Part shown: positions 9,268-17,238 of the stretch, one piece after another
Position numbering within the stretch: the first letter of the stretch is position 1
How the letters are laid out: the number at the start of each line of letters is the position of its first letter
DNA from: Longimicrobiales bacterium
Lineage (GTDB): Bacteria > Gemmatimonadota > Gemmatimonadetes > Longimicrobiales > Gaopeijiaceae
DNA: 52,694 bases
Direction: 5' to 3'
Assembly: GCA_033722275.1 (NCBI GenBank)
Contig: JAWVZK010000001.1
Coordinates: forward strand, 1-52,694
Program-made: the position numbers and the translations under genes
Notes under the pieces: generated by a model
Seen by the model: only the letters and a program-made list of their open reading frames with translations
The model's database searches: none
Told to the model about the DNA's origin: nothing

Positions 9268-10137
9268 ATGAAGCCGACCCAGGACGAGCTGGGCGCGCAC
9301 GTCTCCTCGGCGGGCGGCGTCCACCGGGCTCCCGAGCGTGCCGCGGCCATCGACTCGGTGGTCTTCCAGCTCTTCACCAAGCAGCCGAGCCGCTGGGCCG
9401 AGCCCACCATCGACGCCGAGACGGTGGAGGCGTTCCGCGTCGCGCGGGAGGAGCACGGAATCAGGGTCGCAGGAGCCCACGACTCGTACCTCATCAACCT
9501 CTCGAGCCCCGACCGCGCGCTCTGGCGCCGCTCGCGACGCTCCTTCGAGCAGGAGCTGCGCCGCTGCGCCGCCGTCGACCTCGACTTCCTCGTCACCCAC
9601 CCCGGAAACGCCACGGACGGGGACCTGGACGCCGGGCTCCTGCGGAACGCCCGGGGGATCGCCGAATCCCTCCGGGCCGTCGACGGACGCACGAGGGTCC
9701 TCCTGGAGCTGACGGCCGGGTCGGGAACCAGCGTGGGCGCGACCTTCGAGAATCTCAGGACCATCATCGAGGAGATCCCCCCGGACCTGCGGGATCGGGT
9801 GGGGGTCTGCGTGGACACGTGTCACGCCTTCAGCGCGGGATACGATCTGGTGAACGCCTACGACGAGGTCTGGGAGGAGTTCGACCGGACCATCGGCCTC
9901 GGTCGCTTGGGTCTGCTCCACCTGAACGACTCCAGGAACCCCTTCGATTCCCGCAAGGACCGACACGAAGGAATCGGTCGAGGAACGCTGGGGCTCGAGC
10001 CGTTCCGCCGCATCGTCTCGGATCCCAGGCTACACGACGTGCCCAAGGTCCTCGAGACCCCCAAGGGCGACGATCCGGTGGCGGAAGACCTGAGGAACCT
10101 CGGCATCCTGCGCGGAATGCGAGACGGGTCGTCCTGA
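9268..10137 (+). CDS. nfo: Deoxyribonuclease IV (AP endonuclease family 2)
   Basis: ...GAHVSSAGG..., HDSYLINL, THPGN, CVDTCHAFSAGYD and LHLNDS motifs. ATG 9268 is in frame inside track ORF 8893..10137. Confidence 0.9.
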   Translation: MKPTQDELGAHVSSAGGVHRAPERAAAIDSVVFQLFTKQPSRWAEPTIDAETVEAFRVAREEHGIRVAGAHDSYLINLSSPDRALWRRSRRSFEQELRRCAAVDLDFLVTHPGNATDGDLDAGLLRNARGIAESLRAVDGRTRVLLELTAGSGTSVGATFENLRTIIEEIPPDLRDRVGVCVDTCHAFSAGYDLVNAYDEVWEEFDRTIGLGRLGLLHLNDSRNPFDSRKDRHEGIGRGTLGLEPFRRIVSDPRLHDVPKVLETPKGDDPVAEDLRNLGILRGMRDGSS

Positions 10138-10153
10138 CCAGGGAGCGCCGCGC

Positions 10154-11020
10154 TCAGCCGCTGGCGGAGTCCAAGATGCTCACCAGAAGGCCGCGCTCGG
10201 ACCGATCCCGGACCTTGATGCCATACCGGGAGCGGAAGAGCAGAGCCACCAGGAGAACGGCGCCGAAGCACACCACCAGCACCGGGCCGGTGGTCACGTC
10301 CAGGGAGAAGGAGATGGCCAGCCCCCCGACGATGGCGACGGTACCGGAGAGCCACGCCAGGGCCAGCGCCCGGGCGAAGTGCCGCGTGTAGAAGAAGGCG
10401 ATGACCGCCGGGATGACCAGGACGCTGAAGACCATCAGCACACCGGCGATGTGGACCGACGACGTGATGATGACGCCGAACGTCGCATAGAAGACGAAGT
10501 CCCAGGTCCTCAACCGGCGCACCCGATCGGGGGCGAAGGTGATGGCCAGCATGGTCCGCCGCATGAGGTAGTGGAAGAGCCCGATGGCCCCGTACGAGGC
10601 GGCGACCGTCGCCACCGTGGGCCACGTGACCCAGATGAGCTGTCCGGTGAGGGTCTCCCGGAGGTGCTCGGTCCCCTCCGCCGAGAAGCTCGACAGGAGG
10701 ATGACCGCGGCCGACGCCACCACGAAGGTGATACCGATGAGGGCCTCCTGGGGCACGGGAGAGTCCTCGAGCCGCGTCACCGAGAAGATCCAGGCGCCGA
10801 GGAGGGTGAAGGCGAAGGAGAACGCGTAGCCCGTGGTCGACCCATGCGCCGCGCCCAGGAGGAAGGCCACCGTGCTTCCCAGGGCGGCGATCTGAGCCAG
10901 CGCGAGGTCGACGAAAATCACCTCCCTCTGGATGACGTGGAGACCGAAATACGCGTGGGTGAAGAGGATGATCATCGCCGCCGCGAAGGGCGGAAGGACT
11001 AGCTCTAGCATGGTCTCCAC
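10154..11020 (-). CDS. Metal (Zn/Mn-type) ABC transporter permease, ABC-3 family
   Basis: Eight-TM-type pattern with the ZnuB/MntB-like N-terminus ...HAYFGLHVIQREVIFVDLALAQIAALG.... Confidence 0.88.
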   Translation of the reverse strand: METMLELVLPPFAAAMIILFTHAYFGLHVIQREVIFVDLALAQIAALGSTVAFLLGAAHGSTTGYAFSFAFTLLGAWIFSVTRLEDSPVPQEALIGITFVVASAAVILLSSFSAEGTEHLRETLTGQLIWVTWPTVATVAASYGAIGLFHYLMRRTMLAITFAPDRVRRLRTWDFVFYATFGVIITSSVHIAGVLMVFSVLVIPAVIAFFYTRHFARALALAWLSGTVAIVGGLAISFSLDVTTGPVLVVCFGAVLLVALLFRSRYGIKVRDRSERGLLVSILDSASG

Positions 11021-11143
11021 TCCTGGATGAGGCGCACGTGACCTCCTCGGACTCCACGAACGGGCGCCGCGCCCGCGCCGTCGCTACCCCTGCGGACCCT
11101 CTCCGGGCCGCCAGCGTTGGCGCGGGCTCAGCCCGCTGTCCAT

Positions 11144-12190
11144 CTACTCCCCCGAGCTCATGGCGTCCACGAGCTCGGTGACCCAGACGTCGACGAGGTC
11201 GAAGTAGGAGTCGATGCCCGCTCTCGGGTTGGTCTGCATGGGCACGATGACGGCCTGGGCGTCGCCTCGGCGGGCCACGTTCTCCACCCGCCCGGGATCG
11301 AAGTAGTTTGCGGCGAAGACCACCGACAGGTCCTGGGTCCTCATCAGGTCGATGAGGCGCGCCACGTGGCGAGGCGTCGGGGAGATGCCGGGCTTCGTCT
11401 CCACGTACGCCGTGCAGTCCACGCCGAAGCGCTCCTCGAAGTACGACCAGTTCACGTGATAGCAGATCATCCGGGCTCCCCTCAGCGGCATGGCCTGCTC
11501 CAACCATCCGCCCAGGTGCTCGATGAGGGGCGTGCCCTCGTACTCGTTGGCCCGGAGGAAGGAGAAGAGATTGCCGTTCAGGGCCAGCCGCTCCAGCGTC
11601 GGGCCCTCCAGCAGCTCCACCAGGCGGGCGCCGAAGAGGTGCTCGTACGTCTCCGCCTGATAGGCGGCGAGGCCCGCGTCGAACACCGAGGCTCGGTCGG
11701 GGGCCACGCGCTTCAGTCCGGTGGTGATGTTCCTGGCGACCTGGAGGGCTCGCAGCGGATCGGTGTGGAGATGAGGATTCCCGTAGATGTGGATGTCTCC
11801 CTGGCTACGATCCGCCGCCGTCGGGATGTCCAGGAGCTCGATGCCGGTATGGGCCGTCACGTAGCCCTGTGCCCCTTCCATCACGTCGCCGTTGCCGGCC
11901 TTGTCCAGAAGCGCGGGCACCCAGAGCTCGAGATCGAGTCCCGTGGTGACGAACATGTCGGCCCGTCGAATCTCCAGGGCGTAGCTGGGCTTGGGCCGGA
12001 CGAAGTGCGAGTCCTCGTTGGGATCGGCGATGGAGACCACCTCGACCTCGTCCCCGCCGACTGCCCGGGTGATGGAGGCGTAGACCGGGAGCGTCGTGAC
12101 GACGCGGACCGGGGCGACTTGAGGTTGGTCCGGGGTGTCTGCGGTGCCGGCGGCCAGGGCCGCGACGGTCAATGCGATGAATGCGTTCAT
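11144..12190 (-). CDS. Metal ABC transporter substrate-binding protein (ZnuA/TroA family)
   Basis: Signal peptide MNAFIALTVAALAAG. Metal-ligand motifs DSHFVRPKP and GNPHLHTDP. ATG 12190 is preceded by GAGGA. The track start 12298 lies inside the upstream gene. Confidence 0.85.
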   Translation of the reverse strand: MNAFIALTVAALAAGTADTPDQPQVAPVRVVTTLPVYASITRAVGGDEVEVVSIADPNEDSHFVRPKPSYALEIRRADMFVTTGLDLELWVPALLDKAGNGDVMEGAQGYVTAHTGIELLDIPTAADRSQGDIHIYGNPHLHTDPLRALQVARNITTGLKRVAPDRASVFDAGLAAYQAETYEHLFGARLVELLEGPTLERLALNGNLFSFLRANEYEGTPLIEHLGGWLEQAMPLRGARMICYHVNWSYFEERFGVDCTAYVETKPGISPTPRHVARLIDLMRTQDLSVVFAANYFDPGRVENVARRGDAQAVIVPMQTNPRAGIDSYFDLVDVWVTELVDAMSSGE

Positions 12191-12212
12191 GGTCGTCCTC
12201 GCGTCAGTCGGA

Positions 12213-13601
12213 TCAGTAGGTGGCGTGGCGGTGGGGGCCCATGCCGAAGGTGACCTGCAGCACGAACATGCCCGTGCTGGGCTCCGCCTCGAACTCACTC
12301 AGGAAGTCGTACTCGGCCCGAACCCGGACCCACTCGCTCTGCCACCACGTGAGCGTGGGCGAGAAGAGCCATTGGGTCACTTCGGGCTCCAGCGGGCTCT
12401 CCACGCGATCGAAGCGCCCGCCGATGAGCCAGTTGTTGGAGAGGCGGAGCTCGGCCATGGTCCAGAGCCCCGAGGCGTCTCCCGTGCCCGCGGCCAGCGG
12501 GTCCTCGCTCCCCAGGCCGTCCAGGATCATGTACCCTCCTCGGACCGTCAGCCCGGCACGCCGGGAGCGCTCGGGGGGGATCCAGTTGAAGGCCGCCTCG
12601 ACGCTGTAGAGGTTGCGATCGAAGAAGGCGTCTGCGTCCTCGAAGCTCCCGTTCAGCCAGGAGCCTCCGAGCTCGAAGTCCACCGCGCTGCTGAGCTGCC
12701 AGAAGGCGTTGAGGTGGGTGAGGACGCTGGGCCGGTGCGATTCGCCGAAGAGCGTCTCGTTCTCGCTCCGCGTGACCTCGACCGTGGCCTCGTACGTCCC
12801 GGCCCCTCCACCCCCGAAGGGCGCCAGCCAGGTGACGGAGAGGCCGGACTGGGCCAGCGACTCCTCTCCCACGAAGGCGATATGGGGCAGTGAGCGGCTC
12901 TGGAAGGGGAGCGCGTGAGCGTGCCAGCGATTGAGCTTCGTCAGGCGCTGGAAGAACTTCCCGAGCTTGAGCCCGAAACCGCCGGGGAGGCTCACCCACT
13001 CGACGTAGCCCTCCTCGATCTCGAACCCCTCGCCGCCGTGGGCCTCTTCTCCTTCCGCCTCGCCCTCACCCTCCCCGGCGTGTCCGTGTCCTCCGAGCTC
13101 ACCGCCGAAGGGCTCGATCTCGGGCCCGGAGCCGTGTCGGGAAATGAAAAGCGCGGCCCGGGAGAAGGGATCGAGCGACGACTGGATGGAAAGCTCGAAC
13201 TCACGCCAGAAGAAGTTGTCGGCGTCGGTATCATCCGGATTCACGTGACCGAAGACGTCGGCGTTCAGGCTGATCTCCGGATTGAGACCCTGCAGCGACC
13301 GCTGCCGTCCCACGAATTGCCGATCCTCGGGCTGCTCCTCGGGATCACGCTCCGGACCGGCGGCCTCGGCCGCCGCCGCCCGAAGGCGAGCCAGGGCATC
13401 CTCTGCCTCCTCCTCCTGTCCGGCCGCCCGCAAACGCTCCACCTCTTCGCGGAGGCTGTCGACGACGGCTGCGAGCCGCGCGAGCTCTGCCTGAACGGAA
13501 TCGGACGGCTCCTGGGCGGCCGTGGAAGCCGGCCGGAGTACGGGAATGAGGAAGAGGCACAGCGCCACGACGGCGCCGCGGGTCATGCGGAGAAGATTCA
13601 T
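12213..13601 (-). CDS. Putative outer-membrane beta-barrel porin with N-terminal coiled coil and an acidic/His-rich insert
   Basis: Signal peptide MNLLRMTRGAVVALCLFLIPVLRPASTAAQ, then a coiled-coil segment. Insert GGHGHAGEGEGEAEGEEAHGGEG. Alternating beta-strand pattern through to a C-terminal ...HRHATY. Reminiscent of OprO/P-type porins; this is inference from sequence pattern only. Confidence 0.7.
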   Translation of the reverse strand: MNLLRMTRGAVVALCLFLIPVLRPASTAAQEPSDSVQAELARLAAVVDSLREEVERLRAAGQEEEAEDALARLRAAAAEAAGPERDPEEQPEDRQFVGRQRSLQGLNPEISLNADVFGHVNPDDTDADNFFWREFELSIQSSLDPFSRAALFISRHGSGPEIEPFGGELGGHGHAGEGEGEAEGEEAHGGEGFEIEEGYVEWVSLPGGFGLKLGKFFQRLTKLNRWHAHALPFQSRSLPHIAFVGEESLAQSGLSVTWLAPFGGGGAGTYEATVEVTRSENETLFGESHRPSVLTHLNAFWQLSSAVDFELGGSWLNGSFEDADAFFDRNLYSVEAAFNWIPPERSRRAGLTVRGGYMILDGLGSEDPLAAGTGDASGLWTMAELRLSNNWLIGGRFDRVESPLEPEVTQWLFSPTLTWWQSEWVRVRAEYDFLSEFEAEPSTGMFVLQVTFGMGPHRHATY

Positions 13602-13697
13602 CTTTTCGAGCACCTCGCGAAGGGGGGCCTGGATGACGGGAGGCCGGCGACCGGGGCGGTCGCGGCCGAACCTCATGGGCTTTCGAGACGGATCGCC

Positions 13698-14033
13698 TCA
13701 AACCAGGGGTGGTGCTCGGGAGCGGGGCGACCCCCTGTCGGACCGGTGGGCCACGGCTTCGGCGCGGTCACGGGTCGAGACGGTGGCAAGGGCGCCCGTC
13801 GCCGGGGTATCGGCGACGTCCTCGTCGATGGGGAGGTTCTTCGCCACCTGGGTGCACACGGTGTGATCGTGACCCGAGGGACACTCACCCGGTGCGTGCT
13901 CGTTCTCGGCCACCGACTCGAACAGCTGCGGATCCTGCTCGAGCACGGGAACGGCCACACTCAGCGTCAGCAAGAGCGCGGAGATCCCCCCCACCAGGCA
14001 GGTCCGGAGTCGGTCGCGCGTCGAGTGCATCAT
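13698..14033 (-). CDS. Small membrane-anchored or secreted protein with a Cys/His cluster
   Basis: Strong GC3 bias in this frame. N-terminal hydrophobic segment LVGGISALLLTLSVAVPVL. Motif HAPGECPSGHDHTVC. First gene of the minus-strand metal-uptake operon. No clear SD. Confidence 0.55.
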   Translation of the reverse strand: MMHSTRDRLRTCLVGGISALLLTLSVAVPVLEQDPQLFESVAENEHAPGECPSGHDHTVCTQVAKNLPIDEDVADTPATGALATVSTRDRAEAVAHRSDRGSPRSRAPPLV

Positions 14034-14144
14034 CGCAAAGGTAGCCTATCCGAGGTCATGGAGCGGTGTCAAACGACCTCCGGGTGGTCCTCGTACCGCC
14101 GAAGTCTTATATTCGATCCCTGCATGCCGGAGGACCTATTTATT

Positions 14145-14181
14145 GAGCCAACACAGAAGAAGCCGGGACTGACTCCCGGGC
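14145..14181 (-). terminator. Terminator-like hairpin on the minus strand inside the intergenic region
   Basis: On the minus strand: GCCCGGGA-GUCAG-UCCCGGC (6-7 bp with one bulge) followed by UUCUUCUGUGUU. It lies about 110 nt upstream of the operon start at 14033. Confidence 0.3.
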
Positions 14182-14279
14182 ACGACGCTAAGCCCCCGGA
14201 GAGGGGAAAGCGGTAGCGCTCGGGGAGGTTACCAAACGATTACAGACCGGGCTTCAATAAACCCCCTTCGGTATGTGTT

Positions 14280-14335
14280 CGAGGGCCGGTGTCGTCGCCG
14301 TTTCGGCGTAGCGACACCGGCCCTCGACGCTTTTC
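14280..14335 (+). terminator. Strong terminator/attenuator-like hairpin upstream of the PTPS gene
   Basis: Perfect 15-bp stem CGAGGGCCGGTGTCG (14280-14294) / CGACACCGGCCCTCG (14312-14326), with an inner CGCCG-TTT-CGGCG extension. Followed by ACGCTTTTC. It lies 93 nt before ATG 14428. Confidence 0.45.
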
Positions 14336-14427
14336 GGGGAGGTGCAGGCTCCGGCGGATCGAGGCGGCCACACGTGGGTAGCCGACGGTCCACCGTACTC
14401 CGCGCCCACCTTCCACCCCGCCAGCCC

Positions 14428-14859
14428 ATGTCCGTCGTACGCGTGATCCGTCGCGCCCACTTCTGCTCGGCCCATCGACTCCACAGGGACGAATGGTCCG
14501 ATGAGCGCAATCGTGAGGTCTTCGGCGATTGCTCGAACCCGAACTGGCACGGCCACAACTACGTGCTCGAGGTCACGGTGGAGGGTCCGGTGGATCCCGA
14601 GACGGGCTTCGTCATGGACCTCAAGGCCATCAAGGCCGCCATGGCCGATCGCGTCGTCCGCGACGTGGATCACAGGAACCTGAACCTGGAGGTCCCGTGG
14701 ATGGACGGGATCATGCCGTCGACGGAGAACTTCGCCATGGCGATATGGGGACGGCTCGAGGACGCGCTTCCCGAAGGCGTGCGCCTCCATCGCGTCTTCC
14801 TCCGGGAGACGGAGAACAACGCGGTGGAGTATGTCGGCCCCGCGGGCTCGGAGCGCTGA
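14428..14859 (+). CDS. 6-pyruvoyl-tetrahydropterin synthase family protein (COG0720; animal PTPS-like C-x5-HGH motif)
   Basis: ...FCSAHRL..., CSNPNWHGHNY, DHRNLN, STENFAMAIW and ETENNAVEY, collinear with animal PTPS as I recall it. ATG 14428 lies inside track ORF 14275..14859. Confidence 0.9.
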   Translation: MSVVRVIRRAHFCSAHRLHRDEWSDERNREVFGDCSNPNWHGHNYVLEVTVEGPVDPETGFVMDLKAIKAAMADRVVRDVDHRNLNLEVPWMDGIMPSTENFAMAIWGRLEDALPEGVRLHRVFLRETENNAVEYVGPAGSER

Positions 14860-14875
14860 GGGGCGCGACGAGACG

Positions 14876-15631
14876 ATGGAGGGAGGCGAGCTGGCGGGCA
14901 GGACCGCTCTGGTGACGGGAGCGAGTCGCGGCATCGGGAAGGCGACGGTGCTTCGGCTGACGGAGGCGGGCGCCCGGGTCTGGGCGCTGGCGCGAAGTGG
15001 CGACGCCCTGGCGGCTCTCGAACGGGAAGCGACGCAGGAAGCCGCCCGTGATCCCCGGGCGGAATCCGGTTCCGTCGAGTCGATGATCTGCGACGTCCGG
15101 GACGACGCGGCCGTCTGGCTGGCTCTGGACGATCTGGTGGAGCGGGTCGGCGCTCCCCCCGACATCGTGGTGAACTCGGCCGGCGTATTCGGGATCGCCC
15201 GCCTGCCCGAAGAGACGGTGAACGCCTTCGACGCCCACCTGGCCGTCAATCTCCGCGCCCCCTTCCTGGTCCTCCGGGCGCTCCTGCCGGGAATGCTGGA
15301 GCGCGGCAGCGGGATTGTCGTGAACATCGGCTCCGTGGCCGGTCGGAAGGCCTTCCCGGGCAACGCGGCCTACTCGGCCTCCAAGTTCGGACTGCGTGGT
15401 CTCCATGAAGTCCTGGTCGAGGAGCTGAGCGGAACCGGGGTGCGAGCGACCCTGGTGGAGCCCTCCGCCACCGACACGAAGCTGTGGGATCGCCTCGATC
15501 CCGACGAAGACCCGGATCTTCCGTCGAGGCACGAGATGCTCGAGGCCGCCCAGGTGGCGGACGCCGTCCACTTCGCCGTGACCCGCCCCCCCGGCGTCCT
15601 CGTTCCGAAGCTCCGGCTGGAGCGGGGATGA
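14876..15631 (+). CDS. SDR-family oxidoreductase (candidate sepiapterin-reductase-like partner of PTPS)
   Basis: VTGASRGIGKAT, NSAG and YSASK motifs. ATG 14876 lies 16 nt after the PTPS stop. The functional assignment is inference from adjacency. Confidence 0.85.
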   Translation: MEGGELAGRTALVTGASRGIGKATVLRLTEAGARVWALARSGDALAALEREATQEAARDPRAESGSVESMICDVRDDAAVWLALDDLVERVGAPPDIVVNSAGVFGIARLPEETVNAFDAHLAVNLRAPFLVLRALLPGMLERGSGIVVNIGSVAGRKAFPGNAAYSASKFGLRGLHEVLVEELSGTGVRATLVEPSATDTKLWDRLDPDEDPDLPSRHEMLEAAQVADAVHFAVTRPPGVLVPKLRLERG

Positions 15632-15632
15632 C

Positions 15633-16262
15633 GTGCACCAGCTCCTGACGGATCGCCAGACCAGTCCCCGGTGTGGGCCCGACTTCGGCCTCGTCCTCCT
15701 CGCCGACGAGATGGACGACCGCCGGGTGCGGGACGGTACGCTGGGATGTCCCAACTGCCGGGACGCGTTCCCCATCCGGGACGGATTCGCCGACGTGCGC
15801 GCCCCCCCGCGAGGGGAGCTCCCGGCGGGTCGGGCCACGATCCCTGCGGACGGCTCCGAGGAGGAAGCCGTTCGGCTGCAGGCTCTCCTGGACATCCGCA
15901 GGGGGCCCGGGACGGTGGTCCTGGTGGGCGGCCCGGCCGGCCTCGCTTCCCTCCTGGCCGACTCGGTCGACGAGCTCCAGGTCGTGGCCGTCGATCCAGC
16001 CGCCCGGATGTGGCGAGACCACCCGGGCGTGAGTCGGATGACGGGTTTCCCCGGGCTCCCTTTCTTCTCGCGGACGATGAGGGGCGCGGTCGTGGACGGA
16101 GCGATGGGCGGCGACGTCGTGCGCGAGGGAGCGCGGGTCGTCGCGCCGGGAGCGCGGGTGGTCGTGGTGAACGCCCCGTCGGATGCGGAGGAGATTCTCG
16201 CGGACGGGGGGCTCTCGGTGCTGGTGGCGGAGAGCGAAACGGTCGTCGCCACAAGGGGTTGA
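15633..16262 (+). CDS. Trm112-like zinc-ribbon fused to a degenerate methyltransferase-like domain
   Basis: N-terminus has C-x... / CPNC with ...FPIRDGFADV, as in Trm112/DUF343. The C-terminal VLVGGPAGL...VVAVDPA resembles SAM-MTase motif I but is degenerate. High GC3. GTG start 1 nt after the SDR stop. Confidence 0.6.
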   Translation: MHQLLTDRQTSPRCGPDFGLVLLADEMDDRRVRDGTLGCPNCRDAFPIRDGFADVRAPPRGELPAGRATIPADGSEEEAVRLQALLDIRRGPGTVVLVGGPAGLASLLADSVDELQVVAVDPAARMWRDHPGVSRMTGFPGLPFFSRTMRGAVVDGAMGGDVVREGARVVAPGARVVVVNAPSDAEEILADGGLSVLVAESETVVATRG

Positions 16263-16365
16263 GCGTTGCGCCCTGCCCGGTCGCTCGCCTACTATTCCCC
16301 TGCTTCCCGGCGCTTCGACCGGACCTGCGTGCCGGCGACCGATCAGCCCTCGAGCCCCTGCGTGC

Positions 16366-16824
16366 ATGGCTTTCTGGAATAAGATCCTGGGCAATGAGGA
16401 CGGCAAACGGATCGACTACTACGAGGAGGGCCTGGAGCTCCTGGCCGCGAGCAAGTTCCACGAGGCCCTCACCTCGTTCCGTCTGGCGCTGAAGGAATCT
16501 CCCGGCGACACCATCGTGCTGCAGCAGATCGCCATCTGCTACACGCACATCGGGATGCTCGATGAAGCGGCGAAGACCTACCGGCACGTCCTCCAGAAGG
16601 ACCCGGCCTCGCCGGGAGCCCATTACGGGCTCGCCTTCGTCCTGCTCCGCCGCGGTCACGACATCGACGAATGCATCCATCATCTGGAGGTGTTCCTGTC
16701 GCACGCGCCGGACGACGAGGAGGCCAGCGCGCACATCGATCACGCCCGCCGGACCCTCGCCGAGTTGAGGGAACGAGGGCACGAGGGTCGTCACGATCCC
16801 TCGGCGCCGGATGCCGGACGGTAA
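16366..16824 (+). CDS. TPR-repeat protein
   Basis: TPR-like helical repeats (...YEEGLELLAASKFHEALTSFRLALKESPGD...AAKTYRHVLQKDPASPGAHYGLAFVL...). ATG 16366 lies inside track ORF 16183..16824. Confidence 0.7.
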   Translation: MAFWNKILGNEDGKRIDYYEEGLELLAASKFHEALTSFRLALKESPGDTIVLQQIAICYTHIGMLDEAAKTYRHVLQKDPASPGAHYGLAFVLLRRGHDIDECIHHLEVFLSHAPDDEEASAHIDHARRTLAELRERGHEGRHDPSAPDAGR

Positions 16825-17230
16825 TCTGCGGCAGGTCCGTCTCCAGTGGACCGGAGACGGCCTCGCCTTCCACGGTGGACCCGACGGCGGCGTCCACGTG
16901 GGCGTCGACAGTGACGGCGAACGGGGGCAGACGCCCATGGAGTCCCTCCTCATGGCGCTGGCCGGCTGTATGGCCGTCGACGTTCTGATGATCCTGGAGA
17001 AGTCCCGGGTCGTGGTCGAGGCCCTGGAGGTCGAGGCCGTGGGCCGGCGAGCGGATGCGCCTCCTCGCCGGTATGAGAGCATCGAGCTCGTGTATCGGCT
17101 CCGGGGCCCCACCGGGGAGGAGCGTCCGAAGGTCGACCGGGCCATCGAGCTCTCACGAGACCGGTACTGTTCCGTCCTGCACACGTTGGCCGACGACACG
17201 ATCCTGGATATCCGTGTGGAGATGAGCTGA
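16811..17230 (+). CDS. OsmC/Ohr-family protein
   Basis: Typical ...PMESLLMALAGCMAVDVL... and ...SRDRYCSVLHTL... with the two conserved Cys. 14-nt overlap with the TPR gene. Confidence 0.85.
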   Translation: MPDGNLRQVRLQWTGDGLAFHGGPDGGVHVGVDSDGERGQTPMESLLMALAGCMAVDVLMILEKSRVVVEALEVEAVGRRADAPPRRYESIELVYRLRGPTGEERPKVDRAIELSRDRYCSVLHTLADDTILDIRVEMS

Positions 17231-17238
17231 AGGCCGTC

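Noticed and set aside
13020-13110. Repetitive GGC/GAG-rich DNA that could look like a short tandem repeat array
   Set aside because: It is in frame within the OMP gene and encodes the GHGHAGEGEGEAEGEEAHGGEG insert. There is no spacer/repeat architecture, so it is not CRISPR-like.
12915-14216. 433-aa plus-strand ORF antisense to the OMP and mini-protein genes. Its tail includes a possible 52-aa ORF starting at ATG 14058
   Set aside because: It is antisense to a gene with a signal peptide and beta-barrel pattern. Its translation is low complexity. The 14058 sub-ORF has no SD, poor GC3 bias and lies in the structured intergenic region.
14221-14262. tmRNA-like tag region (CCAAACGATTACAGACCGGGCTTCAATAAACC resembles ...GCAAACGACGAAAACTACGC...GCTTAATAACC of E. 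coli ssrA)
   Set aside because: The frame ending at the TAA gives ...TKRLQTGLQ, not a hydrophobic ...(Y)ALAA-type tag. I could find no GGGG...acceptor 5' end, T-arm (GGTTCGA-type) or CCA-proximal 3' end in the 390-nt region on either strand.
14150-14330. Possible RNase P, SRP, 6S RNA or preQ1-I riboswitch in the long intergenic region
   Set aside because: GAGGGGAAAGCGG is not the RNase P GAGGAAAGTCCGG box. There is no SRP AGGUCCGGAAGGAAGCAGC-like motif and no preQ1-I hairpin plus A-rich tail. The region is kept only as an unclassified structured RNA candidate.
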